Shown in pieces: positions 63,443 to 64,000 of a DNA stretch of 64,000 bases. Positions within the stretch are counted from its first letter, which is position 1. Every line of letters starts with the position of its first letter. This DNA is from Bugula neritina. Taxonomy: Eukaryota > Animalia > Bryozoa. The notes beneath the pieces are model-generated. The model saw nothing but the letters and a program-made list of their open reading frames with translations. It was not told the DNA's origin and did not search any database. The stretch is from the NCBI GenBank assembly GCA_964035545.1, contig OZ037771.1, forward strand, positions 4,289,628 through 4,353,627, in the 5' to 3' direction. Position numbers and translations under genes: made by a program.

Positions 63443-64000
63443 AAATGCAAAATTGCTGCAGCTGCTTCGATCATCTACTCTTTATCATAGAGTAATTGAA
63501 TCCTCTCCAACTTTCCTGTTTCATGAGGGCGTTTAAAGAAGCTAAAAATACGAGTACCTTTTCATCTTTTTTATTGGACTCGGATATCCAACTTTTTATG
63601 TGGAGTTTAGTTTTATTTGTAATACAAATTATTTGTTATCTTGTAAGTAAACTTGCATGGCAATATCTAAACACCTGTGACAATCCAAATTTTGGCTAAT
63701 TTTCGTTGTGAACCACATGGTCGGCTATTTTTAGCACTATAGTTGATATTTAGTTTACAGTTTCTTGCTTGTGGCCTGAGCAAAAAGTGAAAAGTAGCAA
63801 TCTTGTATTCTAGAAAATATTTTTGTAGAAGCTATCATTACATGCTCATTCAGAAATGCCACCATGAATTCCATATAATATAGAAGGCACAAAAGTTTTG
63901 ATACAGATAAGCTGCTAGTACAGGTCATTTATTAATAACTCACTTCTGCCAGTCTTTACTTTGCAGTCCAAATCTTCAGACTTACCTTCACCTATCATCT

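Noticed and set aside
63435-64000. Possible 3' end of another - strand gene (donor at ~63985, short last exon near 63472)
   Set aside because: Too little coding sequence in the window to support a call.

Overview
AT-rich, intron-rich animal genomic DNA, probably an invertebrate; the taxon cannot be fixed from sequence alone. I assembled five spliced genes by hand from GT-AG boundaries and reading-phase continuity. (1) The 3' part of a small single-pass membrane protein gene on the - strand (~48-2594), apparently nested in an intron of (2). (2) The 3' half of an ATP11-like P4-ATPase flippase (+, 9020-15147). (3) A 14-exon, ~1063-aa low-complexity protein with a C-terminal Par6/KIAA1614-like PDZ domain (-, 17708-25320). 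(4) A complete 17-exon XPR1 phosphate exporter (+, 28331-43788). (5) A tandem XPR1 paralogue (+, ~46393-54291) with an intact ORF and pore motifs, but lacking the SPX sensor domain and the conserved C-terminal ENEH/NNCGxFRA motif; one of its exons shares a near-identical tract with XPR1. Mobile DNA comprises a fold-back ISL2EU/Harbinger derivative with ~880-bp inverted arms, a tRNA-derived SINE family, two MITE families and a nested TTA-TSD MITE. The most striking unexplained pattern is more than a dozen unrelated minisatellites lying against exon boundaries, several of them amplified copies of the splice junction itself (up to 14 decoy acceptors). One intron is built almost entirely of a repeat carrying the U1 snRNA 5' sequence ACTTACCT. 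The region from ~55 to 64 kb looks largely intergenic.
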